Assembly (NCBI RefSeq): GCF_964204865.1
Contig: NC_135264.1
Span: forward strand, 10,230,001-10,294,000
DNA: 64,000 bases
Direction: 5' to 3'
Source of the DNA: Styela clava
Taxonomy: Eukaryota
The notes under the pieces were generated by a model. It was not told where the DNA came from and ran no database searches. It saw only the letters and a list, made by a program, of their open reading frames with translations. This document shows, piece by piece, positions 27,001 through 40,656 of the stretch. Within the stretch, counting starts at the first letter, position 1; every line of letters begins with the position of its first letter. The translations under genes were made by a program, and so were the position numbers.

Positions 27001-27340
27001 TGTCGACTTATTTAGTATATAAATGTGACGTGAGGTAATTTGGACATTACAAAAACTGACTTTGATGAACTTTGTTTTCTAGTTTCAAATCGACAGCTTC
27101 ATAATTCACATTTCCCGGTGGTCATATCTCTTCTTTCATTCCTTGTATTTTTCTTTTCCCTGGCCTCCCTTGAATGTGCTCTATGGTAGAGTAACTCAAA
27201 ATATATCTACTGCCAACTTGACTTTCCGATTCAAACGCCTCTTCAATTGTTTTGCGAATAAAATGGTTTGTTCCATCAATTCCAAATGGCTTCACCAAGA
27301 TCATCAAATAGAGAAAGATGAATGTAATTGAAAACTCTAT
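24037..27340 (-). pseudogene. Collectin-like gene L1 (type A), pseudogene
   Basis: Start codon is ATA (27338-27340); exon-2 acceptor altered; exon-3 donor deleted (~24600); deletions and frameshift in exon 4; 1.5-kb HINE in intron 2. The collagen segment GRPGKRKIQG has lost a Gly. Confidence 0.85.
24892..26430 (+). mobile_element. Helentron-associated (HINE/DINE-like) element, family 2, inserted in L1 intron 2
   Basis: 11-bp subterminal inverted repeats ggatctccgct (24898-24908) and agcggagatcc (26400-26410), (TCTG)n microsatellite at 24936-24960, internal ~380-bp tandem repeat (~25253-25620 and ~25615-26005), T-rich insertion site. Absent from the homologous introns of L3 and L4. Confidence 0.8.
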
Positions 27341-28544
27341 ATTTGATTTCGTTTATCTATGAAAGTTTAGTGTAGATATGAAATACGTGAATTATGTTAT
27401 ATTTATATATTCCTCGACCAAGATTATTTTTAAAGAGAACAGTGAATTGACAAATGAGCAAGTTTGATGCCAAATTTCGCAAAGGATTTTGTGTTTTTCT
27501 GACTATAGTGATTTCCCTAAAACGCTTCCAATAAATTACGTTGTTTGTATCCATGAAACTGCAAATAATATTTCTTACATGTTACTGTACTAGGATCGAC
27601 TTTTCTGAACTTTAAACGTTTTTTAATATTGAAAGTATAAATTGGTCTAACAATTAACATTAAATGACAATTTTAGATTGACCATTGTTCTTCTTGTAAT
27701 GTAGAAAATCGGATAAAAAGGCTGAAAAAGTCAGTTCAAATTTGTTTTGTGAAAATCAATAGTACACTTCTACAGTTGGCCAGCTGTTTACTCAATTTCT
27801 GCGTACACGTGCAAGTGCTGATCAGAAGTATAATATAGCAAACTTGTTATGAATTTATGGCTATTTATACTGACGATACCAGTTTGTACTCGAACTATAT
27901 TATCCAACGTTGTGGTTATAACGAACGACTAATCGTTATATTAATAAATAATTTAAGAACAAAGGAAGTTTTCCTAAACTAAATCTAAGAGGAATTTCTC
28001 AGAATTAGCTCAGAAGCAAAGATAAAAACTTCTTTATTCATTTTTTTTATTGAAATCATGCTAGAAATATAATCTTTCAATCTATGGATTTTGCTCATTG
28101 TAAAATTAGGATAGAACGTGGAGGTGATGGGAGATCAAATACTTGGTCTTTATTTCTTGGTCAATAAATGTAGTTTTGTCATGATTTAATTTAGATTAAT
28201 ATGTAAGTATGTTTCCTAAAACGTTTTTGACCTTATACTTAAGTACATACTACGCACTCCTGGATTATCAAATACGATTTACATTCTAATAATATAGTTA
28301 TTTATCATATTACAGGTTATGTTAAGAGGTTCAAGAACAGAAAGATGAAATCCGTTCAATCTAATTCTAAGAATTTATTTTGTAGTAAACATGATTTTTA
28401 AAGCAATGCAGATAACATTCAAACTGAAAAATGGGTTCAATAATTTGATGTCTTTTCAGAGTAATGAATTAATGCTCGCACGCTGTTCCCACAAATGCCT
28501 TTCTTAGCAATAAATTTTCAAGGGATGCAAGGAAAGACAATAAT

Positions 28545-28968
28545 AACAAGAGAGCTATGCTCGAATGTAGTAACACAAGCGATCCGAGTCACCACTATAT
28601 TATAACACCAGGTACCGGTACCGCGCAGTTCACCATTCCCCGCAAACAAATCTTAGCGGAGCGAGTTTTACGTTCGCTTGTCAGCTGATATGCCTTCGCG
28701 GAATCGCCGCAAGGGGCCGCTATTTTTTTATTCCGATCACATCTTCGCACACCAAAAACGAATCTCTCAAAGTTCACAGAAATTTTTGAAATAAATGAAA
28801 GTAATAGCTTTCTGGCAAAAAAAACAATCTTTAACCACTGAACTTTTCAAAGCAATTGGTCCAATCAAATAGAAAAGCGAATTTTTAAAAACGTATCAGA
28901 GAACAAGAAGAAGAAGAGTGCCAGCATAAATTGCAAAACGATCGTTATGTCCACTGACGTATCCCAAA
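28545..28968 (-). mobile_element. HINE-like element, family 1 (reverse copy)
   Basis: Reverse complement of 5261-5655 and of the 4433-4451 terminus (aacaagagagctatgctc). Confidence 0.6.
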
Positions 28969-29587
28969 AGGAGATTACACGAATTACACGATTATACGAA
29001 TCTTTTTATAAGTTTAAGAGAGATGTTCTTAACTTGATCAGACTTATGTTATGATGTCTTTGTCGTAAATTGAAATCAACATACCTGAAGATTGTTAGAT
29101 TTCATTCACGATATCGTTTGTAAATGTTATTAATACACAATAACAGTCTAATTGAATTTAATGGCCAAACTTTTTTAATTGCTGAGACTCAAAACTTAAT
29201 TTGAGCGTAGAATGAAAGAAATTGGCACCTCTAGTCTGGGTTAATGTACTCCTGCCAACTCAAGTACTTGCTTTAGTATTAAGAAAGTTTAGTTATTTTT
29301 TACATTTCCATGCGTATCAATTATGATAATAATCATATGTACTCCACAAACAGCAATGGCACGATAAAAAATGAAAAGTTTACAACCTACTGGATATATA
29401 AAAATACGTACTGATGGAACAATTTTAATAAGATGATATATGATACATATAAGCATGAATGTAATCTATCACTTCTAATTTTATTATATATAAAGGCCTC
29501 AATTTTAAATTTTGGCTTTCATCTTCTTGTAGCGGTAGAATACATTTAAGTGTCTTCATTTATCGGAAATTTCCAGGCGTTGCATGG

Positions 29588-32124
29588 TTACTTTTCACAA
29601 AGGACTCCATGCCTCGTATAGTGTTTAGGAAAGTTGTGCATTCCTTGTGAATCCCCTGTATCGCGGCCACTGCGTATAGCAAGATCAGTCCAGTCGGCAT
29701 TGTTAGACGGGTATCCGGGAAACCATATCATATCTCCAACAGTCCAACTTGCTCTAATCCCGTTATTCATTGTCACGATTTTTTTCTAGAAAATAGCAGA
29801 TCTATATCATGCCAGAGAACTTGTCAAGCTGATAGACGTAACAAATCATTTATATAACAGAGAATTGACAACGTGTTCAAAAAAGGGAATAAAATTTTAA
29901 TATCCACCGCATTATTTACAAGTGGTTTCCGGTAACAAATATTTACACTCTTTTTCTGCCTCCTTGAGATATTTAGATATTTGATGAAACAATTGTTGGA
30001 TTTTTTCCTGAAAACTCAATCAGAATTATTTTTGATTCACAAGTCTTTATTAAACCGCCTCTGCGTCGAATCACTCCTTTTCGTTTGGCTCAGAGCAGTT
30101 CATGATTTTGCAAAAGTTACTCGAGTCAATTGCTAATAACAATATAAGATATTTGCTAATTCTTACTATACTCCATAAATCAGAAATTATGTTAAAACAC
30201 GGCATTTGATTGACAACCATCACTGTTTTAACGACAATCCACTCAACATAAAAGTGGCCAATAGCGATAGGACTGTAATATATTACCGAATTAATGGTCA
30301 TTCCAGTCCAAAATGTTTTAACCGGGAAGATTGAATCCACATATGCATCTATCTCTTCAAAATGATTTTTTCCATATATATTTGCCGGCGTTCCTCCTTC
30401 TTGAGCACAAACTTTGTCTATTTGAGAAGCTGTTACATCTTCGATCCTATGAAGAATAAACCAGAAACATTTGTCAGCGTAGGACACCTTGCACAAATCT
30501 GTAAAAGGGAAAAATCATACAAAAACATATTTGTTCATACATTAAATTTTCAGGCCACATATTATATTGCAGTCTTTATTTGATGTTATCGTAGAAAATG
30601 ATAATTGTACAGTATGTTTAAGGGCATTAACAAAAACAGGTAGATGAAGCCATAACGATATGATTCGAACACTATGGTTAAAATACCTTATATTTTAGAC
30701 TTATCCCCTACATAGTCGCCTGTAATGTCATAAAATGCTATCAAGGTTATAAATTTTAACTTTTTCGATTAAAATACCCAGTTTTTAAATTCAAGTTTAC
30801 TGTTCAGATTGTTTTTTTTTCATTTTGCCTCATTGATTTATTACGAAGATTGTACTAAGATTCAATGAATAGGGTTTTGTTCTTTATCAGTTCTAAAAAA
30901 GAAAACATTCTGTTTTAAACCGAGGGCTTGTTTTAAAACATTTTTTTTCTGTATATTTTGCATTTTTTATTGAAATACCCCTTGCATCGCCATGAAACTG
31001 CGCCATAATTTTGCCGCACACGCTGCCGGAATATTAATTTCAAAAATGTAAGAAAAAATTCTTGCCTGACTTTTACTTTCATCGCGTAACGTAATTGCCA
31101 ACTTTATTATGGTAAAGACTGTTCAGTTAATTTAAGTTACTATACTTTTTTTCAGAGTTAAGGGGATATAGTTCAAAGTTATAAAAAATCCTTTTATTGG
31201 CCGTATTTCAATTTTTTTATCTCTTAAACAGTAAATATTTGGAATTATAAACCTGAACAAAAATACAAGATCTATAAAGTTTTGAACTAACATTATTCTG
31301 GATTGAGCCTCCACATTTTAGTAAAGTATGTAGAATTGATTGTGAAGGCCCTCGAGGTTTGAGCTTGAGAAGGCGAATATGGACAAGTCATCGATATTTG
31401 TGGCGTTTCGAAGGGTTTATTGCGAATAAAAACAATCGGCAAGTTTTTACATTTTTATTGTATTAGTTTCGAACTATTTGATACAAAAAATCAAATAATA
31501 CAGCTATTTTAAACGAAACAGGTAACAAAACTTGATTTAAAACAATTTCTTTTGAACAAATCCATATCGATGATGCGTTCTTACCTTGTCGTTGTTTCAA
31601 CTTTCCCACTTCTGCTTGCAATTCTGCAACTGATGAGCCATATTCTCCCATTGTTTCTTGCACTTCTGTAATGAGAGATAACATATTACAAATAGAGAAC
31701 AATTGCGGAGCAGACAATCTACTAACAATATAATCTATTTTATTATGTCAGGTTTTGTGAAGAAAAATCATTATTTCTATCAGCAATTTAGTAGCAATTG
31801 ATGTCGGCTTTTTTAGAATATGAATATATATGGCGTAAAAAAAAACTGACTTTGATTAACTTTGTTTTCCAATTTAAAATTGATAGCCTCAAAATTCACA
31901 TTTCCCGGTGGTCCTATCTCTCCTTTCATTCCTTGTATTCCTCTCTTTCCTGGCCTCCCTTGAATGTGCCTTATGGTAGAGTCAGTATCGCTACTGCCAA
32001 TTTGATTTTCCGATCCGAACGCTTCCGCAATTGTTTTGCAAATGAAATGGTTTGTTCCATCAATTCCAAAATACTTGGTGATAATCATCAACGAAAGAAA
32101 GGTAAATGTAACAGAAAACTCCAT
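29588..32124 (-). CDS. Collectin-like protein L2 (type B; signal peptide, short collagen, neck, C-type lectin-like domain), 254 aa
   Basis: Exons 32124-31851, 31665-31585, 30498-30287 and 29785-29588, all GT-AG and in frame. Motifs GRPGKRGIQGMKGEIGPPG, coiled coil SVAELQAEVGKLKQRQ, CTLD LCKV..DKCFW...CAQEGGTPANI...FWTGMT...WFPGYP...QGMHN...GVLCEK. Confidence 0.88.
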
Positions 32125-34944
32125 ATTTGATTTCGTTTATATCTATAATTACAATGTAAATATTAAATAGGTGAAATATATTATATTCCCCAAGACAATA
32201 GTTAATGACAATTTCATACATGATATAGGTAGAAAATGGACAAAAGAGTAAAAACTTATGTGTTGAAATGGCCATTCCTATATATTGCTGTACTATGCTC
32301 TGGATTTTCTTTTCTTTGAAGATCTGCCAGTTTATAAAAATAATTGAAAAGGGTGACCGATTCACATTAATCAAAAATGACGAGTGTTTTCATATTGATC
32401 ATTATTCCTATCGTAATGTAAAATTACATTTCAAATATTCACAAGATTCTATCTAATCTCCCAAAATTTTAATTTATTAACCACACGACTTTTGTCATGA
32501 ATGTGATTACAACGTTTTCTCGTTAATAACAAAACATTCTCAGCTAGGAAATCTCTCAATATTTTCCACTTGAAAATCAATAGAAGAGTCTCACAAACTC
32601 TGTAGATCCACTTGTTGCAAATATTGATGAACAGTATAACAAGCTTTCTCTGAATTCATGGATATTTAAACTGAAGACACCAGTTTGTACTCAAACTATA
32701 TTACCCCACGCTGTGGTTATAACGAGTGAATGACTAATCGTTAAAAAATCTATTCGTTAAATTACCTAACCTGCTAGATATAAAATTATGATAATACTGT
32801 TTATATTTCTTGCAATAATGATTCTTTGTTGAAAACAAATATTTACTTATAAGATGAAAATCCATGGTCTACATTCCTCGGTCTATGAATGTAGTTTTCC
32901 CACGTATTAACTCAAAGAAGCATTAACAAAAACCCCTAATGTTAGTAACCTTATACCTAAGTAGATAATTAGTATCTTGAGGGTAACTAAAGCAATTTAC
33001 ATGTTGATGATAAAAATATTTATCATATTTTACGTTATGATTTGTGATTTAGGAACAAAAAATAATATCCGTTCCTTCGAATTTTAAGAATTTATTTTGG
33101 GTTGAAGATAATTTACAAAGCGATACGGATGATATTTAAAGTGAAAAATGAGTTCAATATTTTGATATTCTTAAGTGTGTTCTTAACTTAAAGTGATATG
33201 ATTTTTATATAGTAAATTTAAATAATCATAAGTCAGGATTGTTATCTTTCACTTTCATTCACCATGTGGTGTAAGAAATGTTCCCTCATTTTGAATAAGA
33301 ACCTTAGGTTGTTTTCTCAAAAATTCTTCCGTAGTAGATTCATATTCGGTCGAATGTGTGGATTTCTTATACAAATATTATACCAATAATTAATTGCATG
33401 TAGTATTGCTATGATTTATAACACACGAGTCCCAGATATATTTAATTGTACCAACTTGGCTGTCCATTCCGGCCCATAATCTGGCATCCGTTAGTTCTAC
33501 CGCAGGTCGCTCTCTTCTTTTTGCGTTTTAAGTGAGCGCTGGTCATTTGTAAGTTATATTTTTCATGTTCGATTTTATTCATTTATGTAATATTTGTAGT
33601 GATGGTCATATAAATAGATTAAACTGTGGGTAACTGTCGGAATAAAGTGACCCACTGTTGATCATTACTGCAATAAATTCGAAGCAATAAAGGTTGGATG
33701 ATCTATTTGAGATCGGGCTTTTTGAGTATTTCTGGTGTTGCCGCGCATTGAATCACACAATATCACTCCGTATTCCTAGTTATTACCTACATGTGGTTTG
33801 TAAATGCTTTCAATACACAATAACAATCTAATTCGATTTTTAAAATACAGTAACGTTGGCAATGGAATTCTTACTGTCGATGTGGCTCATATTTTCACAA
33901 TTGCAAATTACTGTAGTACAGCTTCATTATTGATTATTAGCATGAACAAAGATGATTATGATATTGTGACTAGAGCATGGCATCTTCGAATACTTGATGA
34001 TTTCAGAATCGAATCGAATACTTTTTCTAATCAAATCTAGAATAGTTGAAAGATATGCAATTGTATGTAACTATTCATTCTTATGGGAATCTATCTTGCG
34101 TACACTTAGCCGAGTCTTAAAAAAAACCGTTCGGGGATAATGTACCAGGAAAACAAATCTATCTATCTCAGAAGTATATTTTAAAAAATATGGCTTCATA
34201 TGAATTCATTTTATCAAGGATTTTAGTATGAAGTGACAAAAATCAGTATATTATGATATCAAAGTATATACCTAAAATATCATTTCCATTTAATATTCGA
34301 TGACTACAGTTTTGTAAACAATTATTTCAAAAAATTCTTATTTAATGAAAAAAAACATTGATCTTGGGGAAAGGCCCATTTCCAGATCACCTCATCTTTC
34401 AAAATTTACATTTAGAAATGCATTTGTGGAAAACAATGCTTATACTTATTCTGAACTAATTATTCTGAATATACATACATTTAACAGATCCATCATCATA
34501 TATTTACAGCGTCGACGGACAAAAAGTATTTTGCGTCGAAGATAAGCCGTTTTATCATAGTTTTACAATGAACAGAAACGACTACCTTTCTTCAGGCAAT
34601 TTCAATCCAAAACATCATAAAGCTTTGTTCTTTGCTCCTGCGTTATTTTTGAAAAGTTTCTTCTAGATTCAGTCTAGAAGATTTTTCTTCGATTGAATCA
34701 TATTTCTTTATTTAACGATTAGTATTTTACTCGTTATAACTTGAATGTGATTTACGATAGTATAGTTTGAGGAGAGATTAAAAAGAGAGATAGGACCACC
34801 GGGGAATATGAATTAGGAAGCTATCGATTTGAAATGGGAAAACAAGCCAGTTTTTTTTTCTTTACCTTTATATCTTCTTGCGCCTTATCACAAAAATGCT
34901 TATTATTTACTAAGTATAACGTCTGTGACGTTGGAAGGAATTTA

Positions 34945-35300
34945 GGTTGGCGGGCCGCAAAAATTTTTGAGGATGTCTCGCGGGCCGCAGTTGGAGAAAA
35001 CCCAAAAGTGATCAAAACATCGCGATTTACTCACTTTAAAAATATTTAGGAATTGGAGTTTACGGTTCTGGTCGGTTGCAAGTTATGGAAGTTGTATAAA
35101 GCCTTTAGTTATTTTAAACTTGCTTTCCAAGAAATACCGTGGCATTTTCGGTATCTTTTCTCGTGTTTGGTTCCGTAATGTCGCCTAAAATTACATTTTT
35201 TCGTGACAGATATTTCTTGAAAACACACCAGACACTGTGGTTTAACGGTGTTGTGGGTAAGGAAATACTTTTTCCCCCCGTTTACTTTGGTCACCTCTTC
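34945..35300 (-). mobile_element. hAT (Charlie/Buster/SPIN-type, GTF2IRD2-like) transposon relic
   Basis: ORF 35109-35378 contains KYFLTHNTVKPQCLVCFQEISVTKKCNFRRHYGTKH, a zinc-finger-like N-terminus of these transposases. gcgggccgca terminal-type motifs at ~34950-34990. Confidence 0.65.
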
Positions 35301-37291
35301 TATTGCACTCATATATGATAAATTGTTATATTTGACTAATTTTATTACTCGTAGCGTGATCAGGCCTGGTGCTATCATCTAAGAACAACAATTTCCGTCC
35401 AAGTTGGGACTCCGGACCCAGCTAAGAAACTGAATCGCGCGGCGCTAAGTCAGATTTGTTTGTCACTGCTGTCACATGTCCGACACTTGAAAATGAAGGA
35501 GTGTGTTTACTGAAAAATGGCACAAAACGTCTCTCCAAATGAGGATTTACTTGACGGGAGCTTAAGGCACGAAATTTAGATAAAAAGCGCGACTCATCTC
35601 ATCGGCTTTGTCCTGACTGCACAAGACAATTCATTCTTCTTGTACCGATCACTGGACGTCATTTCCCTATTGGCATCCGCTTGACGTTTATAGATGTAAC
35701 ATTGAAATTCTGTGATTTTAATCAATCTCTACATCCCCGTTGAAATAGTTTGAAAATAACTCAAAAATGATCTGCCAATAAATATATACAATGATTTAGT
35801 ACACGCTAAAATTGTTCTGTGGGCGCTCGGAATGTGTCTGCGGTGTGGATCACCGTGATGTAAACAAATCGTGATTATTGCCAAGACTGTGGAACTTGGG
35901 ACGATTTAAACAAATAACAAAACTAACTTCAAGATTCATCTTCAATGTTTGTACGTAAAAAAAGTGAAAGTAATATTGTAGAAGAGACTGCTTAATTCCT
36001 ACGTCGTTGCAAGTTTTGAACGCAGTATATTATACAAAACTCGTGATGAATTCATGTCTGTGCTCAAACTATCCCAAATCACATAGGTATAATGAGTAAA
36101 ATACTAATCGTTAAATGAAGAAATATGTTTCAATCGAAAAACATTTTCTTTCAAGTTCAAGAAAAACATTCATGTCATCTAATCTCTGAGTCAAAGTCAC
36201 GTCACACCGTCGATTAGTACGAGTCCGAATCATTTGATATGGAAGACTCGATTCATTTAGAATATTCAATGAATGCCGGAAAGCCGAAGGCATATTAGTT
36301 GGGTACCTTTTTATACGGAATGAGTGTATACGCGCACATAGGTTGACCGTGTTGAGGAAACTCGACATTGTGACTGGACTCGAGGCATTTTTAAAGACTC
36401 GAAATGACCGGACTCGACACGTCGCAAAGAAAACCTAACTAGTTATTTGACTTGTGACTACAAAAGACAGTGACTCCACTCAGAACTCCGAATTCAAAAA
36501 TAGCTGAGATTTGCACTTGAATATTGACTCGGCCCGTGACTCACTACTCACTACTGGTTGTTTAGGAACTTGTCAAAAATATTACAAACATTATTCCCTC
36601 TTATCTCGTCAGAAATGTGGAGAATATTTGCTGATTACATGTTTTTGATAAAAACCAAAATCTCCACTCCCCAAAACTACATGGCTGACGCATTTAAACA
36701 AAGAAATGATTTACAACAAATGAGTTAATGCATTTCTATAAAAAATGATATATTTTCATATATATGGCACAATCGCTGTGGTGTCAACATGACCTGATCA
36801 TAAAACAAGCACCATATACATCCCAAAATACGATTTAACAACCGTGTTTGCTATTGTTGTTTGTGATTTCCAAACTTGCTGAACGATAAAGATAATATTC
36901 GGCCTTTTTCTTTTTTATATCGGATATTACAATACTGGATGCATGCTAATGAATTGATGTTAGAAGATCGTAATATTGGATTATTTAAGGCACGTTCGTT
37001 TTTTTTGGCCTTTCTGTCCAAATATTTAAACACTGTCTTCTTGGAGACTAAAAATCATAAATTTTAAGAATTAAAAATGTGCTCAAACAGAAAATTTAAA
37101 TTTAAAAAAACAGTTTCTTAAGGTGGCGTTCCGACTGTCCTAGAAATAAAATGCATATGACAAGGCATTAATGGGGTAGATGATTTTATCAGTTATTTGA
37201 TGCACGATCCCTGATTGGTGGTGATGTTCTCGGTTTCTGATTAGAAAATTTTTTATTGTTATCACTTATCAGAGAACTCCGAGTTTCATGG

Positions 37292-39569
37292 TTACTTTTC
37301 ACAAATGACTCCATGCCTTGAAGCACTTTTAGGCCAGTTGTGCATTCCTTGTGATTTTTCTGGATCGCGGTCAGAGTGTATGCCAATTAGTGTCCAGTCG
37401 GCGTTGCCAGACGGGTGCCCAGGAAACCATTTCATATCTCCAATATTCCATCTCACTTTCATCCCGTTATTCATGGTAATGATTTTGTTCTGAATAAAAA
37501 CAGTGCTAAATAGGGCTAGGAGACATTTTAAGATTTTATTCGTTACGACTTAATTTTTTAATCGAACTCAAGGGTGTTTACCCCGCGTTTAAAAAGCGAA
37601 ATATGATTCCCTTATCTATACTGTAATATTTTATGTGAAAAGAGATAAATTACAAATTGGTTTTCGGTTTTGGCAATTTATCAATTCGACTCTGTGTCGA
37701 ATATCTTCGTTTTCGTCTGGCTCTTAGCACTTCATGATTTTGCTTCATGATTTTTCAAAAAATGACTCTAATCGAGTAAATGTTTGCTAATCCTTACTTT
37801 ACACTTATAAATCAGAAATTATGTTAAAACACGGAAATTGATTGAAAAATATTACTGTTTTGACGATAATGCAGTCAACTTAAAAGTGGCCAGAAGCGAT
37901 AGGAATGTACTATATTACCGATTTATCAATGGTCATTCCAGTGAAAAACGTTTCATGCTGGGCGATCGAATCCAAATATGCATCTATTTCTTCAAAATGA
38001 TTTCTTCCATAGATATTTGCCGGCGATCCACCTTCTTGGGCACAAAGTTCGTCAATTTGAGAATACATGGCAGTCCCCGAATTAGGATAAGCAATCCAGA
38101 AACATTTTCCACCATAGAACACCTTGCACAAATCTGTAAAACAAATCACATATTTGTATGCATATACAGGTTTCACACTACGTAAGCTTGCAGTTTTATT
38201 TGATATAATCGCATACAGTGTTAATTGTGAATTTAGAGCCTCGAAAAAAAAGATCATCAAGGCATAATTTTTGTTTCGAACATCACGATGGAAATACAAA
38301 TTATTCCAGTCCCATTCCTAATCTTAGCCTGGAGGAAATGTGATGAAAGGACTAGAGATTTATAGATAGATTATAACTTTTCCTTTGCTAGTGTTCTTAT
38401 TCTTAATGTTGAATTACGCGCTTGCCGCCTGGAATCTTTCTCTTTTTGCTTGTTACTAAGAACCAAGAAAGTTAGGATATGGTGATGCATTCCTACCTTG
38501 TCGATGTTTCAGATTTCTAACTTCTTCTTGTAATTCCGTAATTGTTGAGCCGTATTCTGTCATTGATTCTTGCACTTGTGTAAAGATAGATAGGATAACA
38601 TAACGGAATCTTAACCATGGCTACACGCACCCCTAATAAATGCTTACTTAGGGACGATGGAAATGCTCAATTGTAAAGTTGTTTTTAAAACTACATGGCG
38701 AGCTACAACATAGCACAGAAACAACTGCAAAAATCACTGTTCCTCATGAGAAACCGTGAATACTTATGCATCGCTGCAATTTATTTATTATATAGAATGT
38801 TTTGCTAGAGCGGGGTTGTTTTGGTCTTGTTGTTGATGTCGAGGCGACATTTCGGTGCTGAAGAAATATTTTGTCTGAGTAAATAATGAATCAGTCTATT
38901 TCAATATTTTAGTTTAAAATGAGAGTAACCGCCAGAAGGGTACAACTTTTATTCGATTAACTTTTATTCCACCTAGCGTGAATTTAATGACTGTTTCATT
39001 GATTTTGCAAATTTGTTTCTAAGCCACATTGAAGTGTTCCAATATATTTGAGCATTGCTCTCTTGTTCGCTAATGTATTACCAATTTAATTTCAATATTT
39101 AGTTATTTTAGTGTCAAATACACTAGAAAAAAAAACACTAAAACACTGAAAATAACCCACTATTTTCCCGCTCTGTGAAGATATTAGAGAACAAAGCTTG
39201 ATTTTATTTTCAGTATAGTAGCATTTTATGTCGGCCTGTTCAGCATATGAATATGGCGTGAGAAAATTTAGACATTATAAAAAACTGACTCTGAATAACT
39301 TTGTTTTCCAATTTCAAGTCGATAGCTTCATAATTCACATCTCCCGGCGGTCCTATCTCTCCTTTCATTCCTTGTATTCCTCTCTTTCCTGGCCTCCCTT
39401 GAATGTGCTGTATGGTAGAATCACTTAAAATATCGGTACTACCCACTTGACTTTCCGGTATGTACGCCCCCTCAATTGTTTTGCAAATAAAATGATTTGT
39501 TCCATCGATTTCAAATGACTTCATCAAGATCATTAACGAGAGAAAAGTGAATGTTATTGAAAACTCCAT
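37292..39569 (-). CDS. Collectin-like protein L3 (type A), ~256 aa; exon-2 acceptor mutated
   Basis: Exons 39569-39290, ~38577/38574-38497, 38133-37919 and 37489-37292 are open. The normal exon-2 acceptor is AC, but an in-frame AAG lies 3 nt downstream. Confidence 0.78.
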
Positions 39570-40093
39570 ATTCGGTTTCGCCATATTTCTATGAAATTAT
39601 AGTGTAAATATAAAATAGGTGAATTATTTTATATTCCTTCGACGAAGATAATATTTGAAACCAACAGTGAATTAACAAATGCGCAAGTACAATAGCGCGA
39701 AATTATGCAAATGTTTTGGCGTTTTGGTGCATTAACATTTTCTCCAAAACGCCACCAATACGGTTCGAGTAAATTATGTGTATTGGATAAACTGCAATAG
39801 CTTTTTCCCATTTCTAGCTGAACTGGGGTCAAGTTTTCTGAGCCTCTATTTTTTTTCTTATGAAAATCGGTCTATTTAAAGGTGAACAATTAACACTAAA
39901 TGACAATTTTTGATTGACCATAGTCTTCTTGTAATGGGAAAATCTGATAAAATTTCCAGAATTTCTTTCAAAATGTTCTACTTGAAATTCAATAGTACAC
40001 TTCTACAGATTGCCAGCTATTTACTCAATTCTACGTACACGTGCAAGCGCTGATCAGCAGTATAATATAGCAAAGTTGTTTTGAATTCATGGC

Positions 40094-40101
40094 TATTTAT
40101 A
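40094..40101 (-). promoter_or_regulatory. Candidate TATA box (TATAAATA) of L3 within a conserved upstream block
   Basis: The block cagtataaatagccat(g/a)aattc recurs ~520-550 bp upstream of the start codon in L1 (27862-27869), L3 and L5 (50495-50502). It is degenerate in L2 (~32663), L4 (~43178, closer to the start) and L6 (~55339). A conserved ttcatag acceptor lies ~18 nt before each ATG, implying a 5'-UTR intron. Confidence 0.5.
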
Positions 40102-40656
40102 CTGACGATACCGGTTGTTCTCAGACGATAATGTCTCAGGCTAATCCTATAATGATAAAGCGTCTTATGATTGACGCACAATACTTTTCTTGTTGACGCA
40201 GTTAATACGTGCTGATTCGAAGTGAAGTACCTGGTCTTCATTTCTTGATAAATGCATGTTGTTTTGCCATGATTTCATTAAGATCAACATTTAAACTTAA
40301 TTCGAGCGTCGCATGTCAAATAGATCGTCTCGCTGATCTGGGTTAAGGTACTTTTACCAAAGCCGGACCTTGCACAGGTATTAAGTAGTATTTTTTACAT
40401 TTCCAAGCATATGAACTATGAAGATAATAATTTATACTTCACAAAGACCAATAAATGGAACGATAATCAGAAATTACTAAATACATAAAAAAAACGTACT
40501 GATAGAACAATTTTATTGCGTATTATATGATACATATAGGCATAAAGTTAATCTGTTACTTCTACCTTTCTACAATTTTGACTCCATTCTTCTTGTAGCT
40601 GCGAAAAGCACATTTAAATGTCTTCATTCATCAAAAAATTCCACAAGTTTTCATGA

